Source: Octopus vulgaris
Lineage: Eukaryota
Length of the DNA: 64,000 bases
NCBI GenBank assembly: GCA_951406725.2
Contig: OX597835.1
Location: 34,906,001 to 34,970,000, forward strand
Reading direction: 5' to 3'
The notes below the pieces were generated by a model. It was given only the letters and a program-made list of their open reading frames with translations, did not search any database and had not been told where the DNA came from. The translations under genes and the position numbers were made by a program. Below, piece after piece: positions 16,356-29,312 of this stretch (its first letter is position 1; every line of letters starts with the position of its first letter).

Positions 16356-16750
16356 GGCGCAGGAGTGGCTGTGTGGTAAGTAGCTTGTTTACCAACCACA
16401 TGGTTCCGGGTTCAGTCCTACTGCGTGGCACCTTGGGCAAGTATCTTCTACTATAGTCTCGGGCCGACCAAAGCCTTGTGAGTGGATTTGGTAGACAGAA
16501 ACTGAAAGAAGCCCGTCGTATATATGTATATATATGTGTTTGTGTGTCTGTGTTTGTCCCCCTAGCATTGCTTGACAACCGATGCTGGTGTGTTTATGTC
16601 CCCGTTTCTTAGCTGTTCGGCAAAAGGGACCGATAGAATAAGTACTGGGCTTACAAAAGAATAAGGCCCGGGGTCGAGTTGCTCGACCAAAGGCGGTGCT
16701 CCAGCATGGCCGCAGTCAAATGACTGAAACAAGTAAAAGAGTAAAGAGAG
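16356..16750 (+). mobile_element. SINE family A, full length
   Basis: Head ggcgcaggagtggctgtgtgg (A box), ggttcagtcc (B box), tail gtaaaagagtaaagag. Confidence 0.92.
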
Positions 16751-16909
16751 TTAGATTCTTATGTTATACTTTCACTGTACATATACACTGATATATTTTT
16801 ATTTTTCGTCTCTCTCACCATTATTATTGTTGATATTATTTTTCCCGTTCACAACTTGGTTTGTAAATTACCAGATTTCCCTTTTTGCCCCATCTGTGTT
16901 CTCTTATTG

Positions 16910-17275
16910 TACTCTTTTACTTGTTTCAGTCATTTGACTGCGGCCATGCTGGAGCACCGCCTTTAGTTGAGGAAATCAACCCCAGAACTTATTCTTTGTA
17001 AGCCTAGTACTTATTCTATCGGTCTCTTTTGCCGAACCGCTAAGTTACAGGGACGTAAACACACCACCATCGGTTGTTAAGCGATGTTGGGGGGACAAAC
17101 ACACATATATACGACGGGCTTCTTTCAGTTTCCGCCTACCAAATCCACTCACAAGGCTTTGGTCGGCCCGAGGCTATAGCAGAAGACACTTGCCCAAGAT
17201 GCCACGCAGTGGGACTGAACCCGGAACCATGTGGCTGGTTAGCAAGCTACTTACCACACAGCCACTCCTGCGCCT
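16910..17275 (-). mobile_element. SINE family A, full length
   Basis: Reverse complement of the family A sequence from head to tail. Confidence 0.9.
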
Positions 17276-17459
17276 ATATTCTTAATTTTTATTTTCAATT
17301 ATAATCACCACGATTCAAATTTTTTCTTACATTTTTGCACTGTTTTTCGAAACGTACGTTTGCATTGAATCCAGCTTTATGATAAATCTATTTCTCTTTC
17401 AACTCTTCTCTCTGTTTTTTTTTATACTTGTACCGATAACAAATCTCCTCAAATATATA

Positions 17460-18292
17460 TACTCTTCTTCTTGTTTCAGTCATTTGACTGCGACCATGCT
17501 GGAGCACCGCCTTTGCACTGCGAGCAAATCGACCCCAAGACTTATTCTTAGTAAGCCGAGTACTTATTCTATCGGTCTCTTTTGACGAACCGCTAAGTTA
17601 CGGAGACTTGCCCAAGGTTCCACACAGTAGGACTGAACCCGGAACCACGTGGTTGGTAAGCAAGCTACCCACCACACAGCCACTCATATATATATATATA
17701 CTCTTTTACTTGTTTCAGTCATTTGACTGCGGCCATGCTGGAGCACCGCCTTTAGTCGAGCAAATCGACCCCGGGACTTATTCTTTGTAAGCCCAGTACT
17801 TATTCTATCGGTCTCTTTTGACGAACCGCTAAGTTACGGAGACTTGCCCAAGGTTCCACACAGTAGGACTGAACCCGGAACCACGTGGTTGGTAAGCAAG
17901 CTACCCACCACACAGCCACTCATATATATATACTCTTTTACTTGTTTCAGTCATTTGACTGCGGCCATGCTGGAGCACCGCCTTTAGTCGAGCAAATCGA
18001 CCCCGGGACTTATTCTTTGTAAGCCCAGTACTTATTCTATCGGTCTCTTTTGCCGAACAGCTAAGTGACGGGGGACGTAAACACACCAGCATCGGTTGTC
18101 AAGCAATGCTAGGGGGACAAACACAGACACACATATAAACGACGGGCTTCTTTCAGTTTCCGTCTACCAAATCCACTCACAAGGCTTTGGTCGGCCCGAG
18201 GCTATAGCAGAAGACACTTGCCCAAGGTGCCACGCAGTGGGACTGAACCCGGAACCACGTGGTTGGTAAGCAAGCTACTTACCACACAGTCA
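17460..18292 (-). repeat. Tandem array of SINE family A units (two deleted, one nearly full)
   Basis: Units near 17460-17685 and 17700-17921 share the junction ttacggagac|ttgcccaagg; third unit at 17931-18292. Confidence 0.85.
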
Positions 18293-18485
18293 CCCCTACA
18301 CCTATATATATATATCACAATTTTAATTCAGTTTTCATCACAGCTGTCCAACGAACTGGAGCGTGAAGTTTTTGCAGCATTAATAAAGCATATTACTCTA
18401 CCTTTGATTTTCGGGAACCATTTTCCCCACCTTGTTTTGAACTTGTGTTCACCTGTGTGAGTATAATATATATATATATATATAT

Positions 18486-18678
18486 CAGTGCTTTTCAAAC
18501 TTTTTGCTGGAGCGGAACCCCAAGGATACATTCCACTGGCTCGAGGAACTCCTGTGCAATAATTTAATTGCCTTATGCACACATATCTGCAAAGGAGAAT
18601 TAAAAATTACTGTCGATTTTTGTAACTTCTTGCGGAACCCCTGGACTGTACTGGCGGAACCCTGGTTGAAAACCACTG
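18486..18678. mobile_element. hAT/Charlie-like MITE
   Basis: Termini cagtgcttttcaa / ttgaaaaccactg, embedded in (TA)n. Confidence 0.75.
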
Positions 18679-19367
18679 ATATATATATATATATATATAT
18701 ACAAATTAGTAAATAAATGGCACAACTAAGTACCGATATTTACTGGAAATAGCGAACGTAAAAATACGACGCTAATGTGTAGCTTCACCGCGTATGTATT
18801 AGCAAAAATGCGTGTGTGCAACAAAATAGAGAAAAAAACCGTCTTACCTCCAGGGAGAACATCTGAAAGATGAAACACCCGGAAAATGGATAATGTGGTA
18901 CCTGCAGGTTTCAGGTTTTGCAAGATATGTCTCTCACCCATATTTGCTTTACCTTCTTCAGCCAAACATATACCAAGACGAAATCTACGATGTTACCACA
19001 TAAATACTAACACACTCGACTGAAATACGGAACGCTAACAGTACGAGAAACGGTGAAGAAGTTTCAAAATATCAGTAATGCAATACAAAGTATTGCCTTC
19101 CAGTAAAAAGTAAAAAGTAGCCCGTATACTAGCGACTTTCAGTTTCCGTCTACCAAATCAACCTGCAAGGTTTGGGTTGGCTCAGAGCTGGCTAACGTAA
19201 TCCTTGGGCCCTTGTCCGAGGCGCCGATTACTGGGACTGAGCAGAAGAGCACACAAATTGGAAAATAAGCTTCATAACCACACAGCACAGAATTCATAGA
19301 AAACAATAAGCTCTTTGAAGTTGAACTTAGAACTATATGCAAAAAAAAAAAAAAAGTACTCAGCTAT

Positions 19368-19903
19368 TTAACATTGCCTTTCGTTCCCAACCCGGCTCTG
19401 GCTCTGCGTACAAATGCTTTGTTGTCATAAGCTTTGAAATAAAATATTCCACCAAACCTTAGTCACAATTTATGTTCCTAACACTAGCTAAAATGATAAC
19501 TAAGTTTATATATTTGTTGTGCAAGATTTTTTATGTGAAGTCGTGTGTTGAAACAGATATTGTTATATTTCGGAATGGTCATTTTGCCAGTTTAGCCAAT
19601 AAAAACACACGCACTATATATTTGGTGTTACTTTGCTTCAGTGTTATTTATTTTTTACATTAATCTTAATCTTCTTCTTCTTCTTCTTATTATTAAGATT
19701 AAGATTAATGTAAAAAAATAAATAACACTGAAGCAAAGTAATACCAAATATATAGTGCATGTGTTTTTATTGGCTAAACTGGCAAAATGACCATTCCGAA
19801 ATATAACGATAACTAAGTTATTTTATTAAATTCTTTGTTATATTTAAAGTAATTAAAAGAAACACAGAGCATCTCAAAATAAATACAGTACCAAAAGGGT
19901 TAA
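19368..19903. mobile_element. piggyBac-like MITE interrupted by a foldback insertion (19507-19807)
   Basis: TTAA at both ends and aaagggttaa at the right terminus (left terminus degenerate). The insert is flanked by the 12-bp duplication gataactaagtt. Confidence 0.6.
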
Positions 19904-20065
19904 CTGTTGTGAGTTAACCGTTGAAAGAGATAGCTATAGCTTTATACAGCTCACCTCTCTTAACTATATACAGCTAAGATCCTGAGTTGTTTAATGGTTA
20001 CGTGTGTAAGCTACAGATAAAATACACCCAAGAGCTTACGCAGTTGTTCAACCTGCAATAAACGA

Positions 20066-20347
20066 TGTACACATCGTTGAGGTCGACGGTGGTGATGGCG
20101 TCCTGCGTTGCTGGTGTATGTTGGCGCCGTCGCTGGCTGTAGCAGGAACATGGCTGGTGTGGTCGTCGCTGGAACTGGCTGCTCTGTGGTGGTGTGGTCA
20201 ATGGCCGAAGACCAAAGACCTGCAATGGTAGATTCTGAGGCCCTTTAACGCATTCTAGAGGCTCCCGAAGAACATCCAAAAGACTGTGTCATGTGACCTT
20301 ATCCTAAGGCCGTGATTAGTTGGCTTTGGACAGTGGCGCGAAATAAA
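20066..20347 (-). mobile_element. Fragment of the same LTR family as 10215-11055
   Basis: Reverse complement of about 10237-10518 with few substitutions. Confidence 0.85.
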
Positions 20348-21117
20348 TCCCACCTTTATCTTAAAAACAAAGGGTAGAACGTATAGTGTAGTCCTAGATA
20401 TACGATTCTTTGTGTCACCTCTTCTCGGCAGGTGGATTCTCAAGGATTTCTATTTGGGTAATCTAAGATGTATGATTTACTAGGGTAAAATGTAAAGGCC
20501 GCCTTTGGTCATGAATGACCACAGGATTGCACCTAGAAAGTTACCCTCCGAGGCACAAGTCCGAGCAAGGTTGCTTGTAGAAGATCGGCAGTGGCCCATG
20601 TATACCAACCTCCCCTCTCCGCTTCACCGATGCTGTCCCAAAGGAAAGGCAAAGGTCAACACAGCTTGGCACCAGTGGCATCGCAACTCATTTCCAAGGT
20701 TGAGTGAACTACAGCAACGTGAAATAAAGCATCTTGCTCAAGAACACAACACACAGCCCGGTCTGGAAATCGAACTTACAGCCTCACGATTATAAGCCCA
20801 ACGCTCTAACCACCGAGCAATTAAAATAATGGGTTCACTAGGTTAAATTTTGTTTGTGAAATACAGTTGCTTTGAATTTGCTTCAGAAAGGCCTGTGTGA
20901 TGGTAAGTAGGGATGGGGGCGCCAGGAATGTGGCTTGGGTGTTGGAGGGCAATTTGAAAAAGTTCGGGAACCACTGCTTGAGGATATTCCTCATGGCATT
21001 AACCATATTTTCGTCTCCTGTCTGGCCCCCAGGTCGCATTCTGCTTATTTATTTCAGTTCGTTCGTATGTCCACATTTCGTTTTTGCCTCTGATCCGTCC
21101 ATTTATTTCGTGTTTGT

Positions 21118-21473
21118 ATACTCTTTTACTTGTTTCAGTCATTTGACTGCGGCCATGCTGGAGCACCACCTTTAGTTGAGCAAATAGACCCCGGGACTTA
21201 TTCTATCGGTCTCTTTTGCCGAACCGCTAAGTAACAGGGACATAAACACACCAGCATCGGTTGTTAAGCAATGCTAGAGGGACAAACATATACACACACA
21301 TACATATACACGACAGGCTTCTTTCAGTTTCCGTCTACCAAATCCACTCACAAGGCTTTGGTCAGCCTGAGGCTATAGTAGAAGAGACCTGCCCAAGATG
21401 CCACGCAGTGGGACTGAACCCGGAACCATTTGGTTGGTTAGCAAGCTACTTACCACACAGCCACTCCTGCGCC
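21118..21473 (-). mobile_element. SINE family A
   Basis: Matches the other family A copies. Confidence 0.9.
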
Positions 21474-21954
21474 TTTTCACTTTCTGTATTGCATACTTAT
21501 TTCTTTTGTTCACTTTCTAACATGTTCGGTCCCTTGTTCATTGACTCGCCATTTCCCGGCGGCTTCTTGCTGCCAGCGTCAGCAGAGGTAATATTATCGT
21601 TGAAGGCGTGAAATTGTGTTTGATCCTCTGGCCGAAAGCTGATGAGGATTTGGTGTCCTTCTGTTTGTGCATTTATGCTTCTTAACACACACACACGTCG
21701 CCATTGAATCTTTTCCCCACAACACTTCCTCTGAGTATCCCCTCCATCTACCACTCCCCTTTTTCAATCTTGTGAACTCACCAATTCACTTGTCTTCTCC
21801 AATCCCCATTCCACTACCCCCTCTTCCACCTGAGGTAGCCATATTTTCCTTCAAATGCAACACCTTTTTTCGACCAAGACTACTACTCCCTCCCACCCCT
21901 CAGCTAAAGGGCCTCGTCTTGGAAGTTATTTGGTGATCCTACTGCTGCTGGGGC

Positions 21955-22220
21955 CACATAAAAAGCACTCAGTCCATTCTGTAAAGTGATTGGTATTAGA
22001 AAAGGTCATCAGCCATACCAAAATAGACTCCACCAGTGTTTGTGCAATGTAGAAAGCACCCAGTCCACTCTGTAAAGTGGTTGGCATTTGGAGAGGCCTC
22101 CAACCATAGAAACCATACCAAAGCAGACAGCAGGGATCGGCGCAGTCTTCTGACTGGCCAGTTAGTGTTGAACCTTCCAACCCATACCAACATGGAAAAC
22201 AGACATTAAATGGTGATGAA
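21955..22220 (+). repeat. Interspersed repeat ending in a (GAT)n-type tail, probably RTE-mobilised
   Basis: taaaaagcac...tgtaaagtggttggc...ccaacccatrccarcatgga...ttaaa(tga)n recurs at 22790-22962 and 28631-28911. The RTE link is inferred. Confidence 0.6.
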
Positions 22221-22406
22221 CCCCCCCCCCCAAGCACACACAGTTTTCATCTATCAAACTCACTCACAGGTCAGCTTGAAGCTATAATGGTAGGAGACAG
22301 TTGCCCAAAGAGTAGCATATTGGGACTGAAACCAAAATCGCGACATGAGCTTCTTAACCACACAGCTGGACTACACCTAGCTTATAATAATTGTAACGTG
22401 GTAAGA

Positions 22407-22642
22407 AAGGCGGTGAGCTGGCAGAACCGTTAGCACGCTGGACGAAATGCTTAGCGGTATTCTGTCTGCCGCTACATTCTGAGTTCAAATTCCGCCAAGG
22501 TCGACTTTGCCTTTCATCATTTCGGGGTCGATAAATTAAGTACCAGTTATGCACTGGGGTCGATGTAATCGACTTAATCCCTTTGTCTGTCCTTGTTTGT
22601 CCCCTCTATGTTTAGCCCCTTGTGGGCAATAAAGAAATAAGA
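22407..22642 (+). mobile_element. SINE family B
   Basis: ggcggtgagctggcagaa head, gagttcaaattcc B box, central gcctttcatc.tttcggggtcgat; also at 35566-35797 and 47684-48097. Confidence 0.85.
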
Positions 22643-23534
22643 AAGGGCTTCACTGAGGAAAAGACAAGGGTCCGAGAGTTGTGGTAATTTGCTGTACCTG
22701 AGAAGACATGTCAAGCTAAGTAACAGTGCGGTCATCCATACATACAGGCTTGTCCTTTAGAGGTGCCGATGCTGCATAAATTCACCCGTGCCAGTGGCAC
22801 GTAAAAAGCATCTGCTACTCTCTGTAAAGTTGTTGGCGTCAGGAAGAGCATCGAGCCATAGAAACCATGCCACAACAGACAATTGGAGTCTGGACAGCTC
22901 CGTGTCAAATCATCCAACCCATGCCAGCATAGAAAATGGATGTTAAACTGATGATGATGATGAACACAAAGAAAAAATAAGCCAGCAGTGGCTCCCAGAA
23001 GGGCTTCAATGAAGACTAAAGTCCACAACACCTCCCCCTCCAAAAAAAAAACAAATGCTAACATATATTGAAGAAATGCAAACAAGCAGAGAGCTAAAGG
23101 AATGTAGAGGCTAAAAAAACAAAACAAAACAAAAGACACAATTCAGGTGTTTCTGTAAATTCCATATTCTGAGTTCTAATTCCAAGACAGACAGGGCATT
23201 TTAGACAGAGGTAGAGTCAAGATACATTGGATACAGTAGTAGTAGTAGTAGTAGCAGGAGTTCAGTGGTTAGTTTGTTGGTCCTCAACACCTTTCTGTTC
23301 AGCAAGTATTTCATTTTTTTTTTGTTTTTTTTCTTCTGTTGTACAAGTAATAGTATTAGTCTCATATAGTTGTTGTTGTTGTCTGTTTGTGGTAATGACG
23401 GTGATATAAATGGATGTAGCTATGGAGTTTCTTCTGACAATATTTTAGATGATATATACATACATATATACACACATATATATATACATACACATATGTA
23501 TAAATACATATATATATACATGCATACACATATT

Positions 23535-23950
23535 CTTTTGTTTCAGTCATTTGACTGTGGCCATGCTGGAGCACCGCCTTTAGTTGAACAAATCAACCCC
23601 AGGACTGAATCTTTGTAAGCCTAGTACTTATCGGTATCTTCTGTCAACCACTAATTTACGGGGATGTAAACACACCAACATCAGTTGTCAAGTGATAGGG
23701 GGAAGGGGGGAGAGACAAACACAGATACACACCCGTCATGTATATAAATATATATATACACAACATACACATATATACCTACATATGATGGGCTTCTTTC
23801 AGTTTCCATCTACCAAATCCACTCACAAGGCTTTGGTCGGCCCGAGGCTATAGTAGAAGACACTTGCCCAAGGTGCTACACAGAAGGGACTGAACCCAGG
23901 ACCATGTGATTGGTAAGCAAGGTGCTTACCACACAGTCGCTCCTGTGCCT
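23535..23950 (-). mobile_element. SINE family A, diverged
   Basis: Family A head, body and tail are recognisable. Confidence 0.8.
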
Positions 23951-24003
23951 ATATATATATATATGTGTATATATATATATATAGGCACAGCCACTTCTGT
24001 GCG

Positions 24004-24029
<26 letters not shown>

Positions 24030-24036
<7 letters not shown>

Positions 24037-25545
24037 GGAGTTTAACGCAGGTGTAATTCAAATTCTGTTACTTCCGACACATGTTTCAAAGATATCACTG
24101 ATATTATTCCAAAGGAATAAATGGTGTAAGACAATGTAATCTTCTAAGTTATCTGTTTATGTTGACATTTTCAATGATAAGGCCGAATTTTATAACTCTG
24201 CCTTACTTAAAGCAGGTTATACAGAGAAAATTATCTACATTGATTCCATTCAGTCTTATTCTAACTTTACTAATGTAGATATGAAATCTAGTTGTAAAGA
24301 AATTAAAGATATCAATTTTAATTTATATACCAAAACAAAACAGAGTGAGGGAGATAACCCTTATTTAATCCCCTACTATCATTCTAAATGTAAATTGAAG
24401 TTTTTCAAAAATAATTACACTAAAAATATGATAACTAGTAGTAAAACCATTTGGATAATTATTCCATATGGGAGGCACATTAAATCTAACCCCCCATTGC
24501 AGTTTTGTGAAGCTATTATTAGGAATTTTCCAAAGAGTTTTATGTATTACTCTATTAGCAACTCACGGTTAGGATTGGTTTTTCCAACACTAAAAATCTC
24601 TTACAAATTATCTCTTCACATAATACCAATCTGCAAAAATATTAATTCATTTACTAATACTAACATTAATTTCGCTAATACCATCCATCCCTCTAGAAAT
24701 ATTAATAACAAGGTTATTGTATCTGAAGTCAATTCCAACAGAATCAAGTTTATGTCAAGTAACTCTAAAATTAAAAATTCTATATACCAGTGTAAAATTA
24801 CTACTCATAATCACGTATATTTTTATATTGGAAGCACGTCTTCACAGTTATCTAGAAGGATTTCTAATCATTATTCAACATTTAGGGATAGGAATAAACA
24901 TAACAGTACAGGGCTTAGTAAATTAATTCGGGATCTAAAAGACTATTTAATTTAGATTGATTGATTTTCTAAATCTCGATATCTTATGACAAAAGCAAGG
25001 AATTCTGTCTTCTCTGTAATTCTGAACTATTTTTCATTCTTTTTTCTAAAAATCCCCTTGTAAACAGTTATAGAGCATGCATACCGATGTAAACATTGGC
25101 AAAAACACACCTTTAGTTCATATAAGTGATATCTATCATTATATATAATTTAAACAATTTTCCTTTTATATTTCACATTCACTAGATATATATTTTTCCT
25201 AGTCAATAAGGTTTTATTTAATATACATATTAGTTATTTACTTCTCTTTTATTTAGTTTTTCTTTAATTCATCCCTACTCTTTCTATAAGCTACCTCTGA
25301 TGTTATATCCTATAACGTTTTTTTTAAACAATATTAATAGTGTTCACTTAAACACTATACATATCCATCATTTTCTGTTAAAATGTCTTATTGACGAGTT
25401 TCATTTCTTCACTTCCCCGAAGAGAAGATTACATTGTTTTACACTATTTTATTCCTTTGGAATAACATTAGTGATATCTTTGAAACATGTGTTAGAAGTA
25501 AAAGAATTTGAATTACATATGCATTAAACTCCATTTATTTATATA
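24030..25545 (+). mobile_element. Second Penelope-like element (decayed) with an inverted tail copy at its 5' end
   Basis: IWIIIPY and SIYQCKI..FYIGSTSSQLSRRISNH..STGLS are homologous to the 11223 ORF. 24030-24145 is the reverse complement of 25422-25545. Degenerate hammerhead at 25411-25499. Confidence 0.85.
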
Positions 25546-25826
25546 TATTATACAAAAACTTTCACATAAACCCGAAGTTTCTACCTTTAAAAACAAGGAG
25601 TTACAACCTTTTAAACTTGTGTGATTTTTTGCTACCCTGGTAACTATTTATCTATTTTTTCCGTGTTAATTGTTAACAAGGGAAAAATACACACATCTAT
25701 TTATATATATATATATATATACACTTCAACATGTAGAAAAGTAGCTAAGAGAGTACAGGAACTTAAAATTTAAAAAAACCCACAAAGCTGGTTTTTCTTT
25801 TTGTCTTCTTTAGAACCATTTCTTGT

Positions 25827-26055
25827 TTAACCTTCCTTGTGACCATATTTCTGTCAACATATGCTACCTTTGTTTTAATTAATTTTTAAAATAATGAAGT
25901 CTTTCGTAAATTGACTTTCTCATTATTAAGCTCAAGTCGGGAGCAAATTGCCACGGAATTTTGATGGAAGATTATAATTTAGACCACTTTAAGACAGTAA
26001 GCTTATGTCATTGAACCTGGGGTGGTCTCAGGCAGGTTGGTATCAAAAGGGTTAA
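25827..26055. mobile_element. piggyBac-like MITE
   Basis: ttaacctt...aaagggttaa with TTAA at both ends. Confidence 0.55.
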
Positions 26056-26436
26056 ACATTATCTGCTCAAAGAACAGCTGACAAACAGTCTTGTTTTCAG
26101 CTTCATAAATGGCAGAATAAATTATTCCAACCAAGGAACTTTTGGTAGCTGTAATTACAAGATTTGTGATTTCTTTTCATTTCAAGATGTTATATATATA
26201 TATATATGTATATACAGAGAGAGATGTGTGTGTATACATTTCTGCTATAAGCAGAATCAACAAAAAAAAAAAGCTCCAAGTGAGAGATAAATATCATTTA
26301 GTCTGCACAATTTACAATAGAGCTACAGGTAGTTTCATGTTATATAAAACTGCCAAATTATTGTTGTAACTCTAATGCATGAACCAGCAAGTAGCTCTTT
26401 TGTAAACTGTGTATAATAAATGATATATATTCTTTT

Positions 26437-26822
26437 ATTCTTTTACTTGTTTCAGTCATTCGACTGTGGCCATGCCGGAGCACCGCCTTTTAGTCGAGCA
26501 CATCGACCCCGGGACTTTTTCTTTGTAAGCCCAGTTATTATTCTCTCGGTCTCTTTTGCCGAACCGCTAAGTTACAGGGACGTAAAATCACCAGCATCGG
26601 TTGTCAAGCAATGCTAGGGGGATAAACACAGACACACACATACACATATATATATATACGACAGGCTTCTTTCAGTTTCCGTCTACCAAATCCACTTTCA
26701 AGGCATTGGTCGGCCCGGGCTATAGCAGGAGACACTTGCCCAAGATGCCACGCAGTGGGACCGAACCCGGAACCATGTGGTTGGTTAGCAAGCTACTTAC
26801 CACACAGCCACTCCTGCGCCTA
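26437..26822 (-). mobile_element. SINE family A
   Basis: Full-length match to family A. Confidence 0.9.
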
Positions 26823-26869
26823 TATATATATATATACACACATACATATGCACATAAAAAAGAAAAAGT

Positions 26870-27107
26870 TCCTTCTTGAGCTACGCCAGGCTCATAAGGG
26901 CCGGTTTTCCAGTTCCAGTGGCATAGAAATTCCCCACCTGGACAGGACGCCGGTCCATCGCAGCATTACTCATTTTTGCCAGCTGAGTGGACTGGAGCAA
27001 TGTGAAAATGAAGTGTTTTGCTCAAGAACACAACGCATCGCCCGGTCCAGGAATTGAAACCACAACCTTACGACCATGAGTTCAACACCCTAACCACTAA
27101 GCCTCCA
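26870..27107 (-). mobile_element. SINE family D
   Basis: Similar to 45310-45616; head ggcttagtggttagg...gtttcaattcc on the minus strand. Confidence 0.75.
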
Positions 27108-27777
27108 CACATACATAAGGTGTATATGTCTCTCTCTAGCTATATATATTATATGTATCTATATATATATATATATATATATACATACACACACACACAT
27201 ATAGCATACCTGTATGTGTGTGTATGTATATCTATATATATATATATATATAAAACAGCAGACATGCATATGTATATACACCCCCCACACACACACATGT
27301 ATGACATATAGTATACATACAGATGTGTGCATGTGTGCGTATGTATGTATATATGTGCGTATGTATGTGTTATAATAGAATGAGAAGGGGAGGCAAACTT
27401 TTGCCTACAATCCCCTTCATGTCCTCTTACACAGGGGGAGATTAGGATTAGGATGTTGATTAGGATTAGCATGTTGTAGAAGCCCGATAAAGCTGTTGAA
27501 TGAATGCGCATGTGCATGTGAATGCATGTGTGTGTATGTATATGTGTAAACAAGCTTATGATGTGTCACTATTTGTTGCTTTGTAAATAGTCTCATTAAA
27601 TAATTTATACATCTTTTCTTTTCTTTATTATTATTATCATTATTTCTTTATTTTATCAATCCATCGGTTGGTTGTTTGGTTACTCTCTCTCTCTCTCATG
27701 CTTTCTCTCTCTTTCTCTCACTCAATCTCTCCTAACGAGTTTAATTTAGTGTGTTTTACTAACACGTTTCCATTCAC

Positions 27778-27906
27778 CGGTGACATAGTTCATTTGGAAG
27801 AAGGTCTCCACGGTAACCTTCTTCGTACCTTCTGGTTGTGTTCGGATCTCCTCGTTTTCACTGAGGCGTATACTAATGATATCTCCTTGCTCAGGACATG
27901 GGTTAA
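27778..27906 (-). CDS. Candidate internal host exon (129 nt, phase 1-1): NPCPEQGDIISIRLSENEEIRTQPEGTKKVTVETFFQMNYVT
   Basis: Acceptor tgtgtcattgcag, donor G|gtgaat, open frame, length divisible by 3, non-repetitive sequence in AT-rich flanks. Confidence 0.6.
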
Positions 27907-28929
27907 CTGCAATGACACAAACACAAAAGGCATTAAATTAAATTACAATAAATCAAATTAAATCGTTAAGATCATGTTTAGTATTGGTTGAGTTCACTCA
28001 ACTCAGTGGTTCTCACCCCATGTCCATACGGCCCCTGGTGGGTCTATAGAAGATTTTATTGTTGAAATGTTATGTGCATTAAAACGATACAAAAGGTATT
28101 TTAATTATTTTATACAGACAATCCAACTCAATGACCTTTACTTTGGTCAGTTATGGTGAGACAGTGTCACGTGACAACTTTGCTGGGGCTGCCTGCTGGA
28201 GCCTATGCGGCAGGTATTTAAAGGGAGAAATTTGACAAGACAGTCAGTCACTGGCTGACACTCGCTGATGATACATCGAAGAAGCCAGGGAACAGAAGAA
28301 AGAAGACATGCACCCAACACCAGAGCTGAAGACACCTCCGAAAGGGGGGGCCCTGCCACGTTAAAACGGTAGAGGAGCAGGGGCCGAAACCGGACGTGGT
28401 TTCTCCTGATGATGTCTTGAGCTAACTGGATCCTATAAAGGAGCTGTTGTGGTAGCAGACCACGAAACACGGTTGTAATTCCTCCCCACTAGGCTGCTCC
28501 TGTCTTGACAAATCAAGAAAATAAGTTACGAAGATATTGCACAACTTTTGAAGCAACAGAATATAAAATACAAATTCAAGCATATTTATAAAACATATAA
28601 TATACATATAAGCAAACCTATTTCTATCTCAGTGCTGGTGCCACGTAATAAAAGCATCCAGTCCACACTGTAAAGTCGTTGGCATTTGAAATTGCATCTA
28701 GCTGTAAACACCTTGCCAAAACTGGCCTTGCCTGTGCTTGTGCCACATAAAAAGCACTGAGTCTACTCTGCTGGATGGTGTGGTGTTAGGAAGGGCATCC
28801 AAACATAAAAACCCTTCCAAAACAGACACAGAAGTCTTGTACAGGTTCCTGTCAAACTGCCCAACCCATGCCAGCATGGAAGGTGGACATTAAACAATGA
28901 AGATGATGATGTCTATATATGTATGTGTG

Positions 28930-28968
<39 letters not shown>

Positions 28969-28976
28969 TATATAGT

Positions 28977-29287
28977 GAAGGCGTGTAGCTTTGTGGTTAG
29001 GGAATTTGGCTTATGACCATAAGGTCACGAGTTCAATCGCCAGCCGCGTGTTGTTTCCTTGAGCAAGACATTTTATTTTAAGTTGCTCCAGTCCACTCAG
29101 CTGCCATAAATGAGTAGTACCTGTATTTCAAAGGGCCAGCTTTGTCACGCAGAATCTGCCTGAGAAGTACGTTAAGGGTATATGTGTCTGTGGAGTGTTC
29201 AACCACTTGCATGTTAATTTCACGAGCAAGCTGTTCTGTTGATCACATCAACTGGAACCCTCATCGTCACAACCGACGGATTGCCAG
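28977..29287 (+). mobile_element. SINE family D
   Basis: tRNA-like head, then ccttgagcaagaca and gttgctccagtccactcagctg. Confidence 0.7.
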
Positions 29288-29312
29288 TGAACAAAAATGT
29301 TATATATACACA

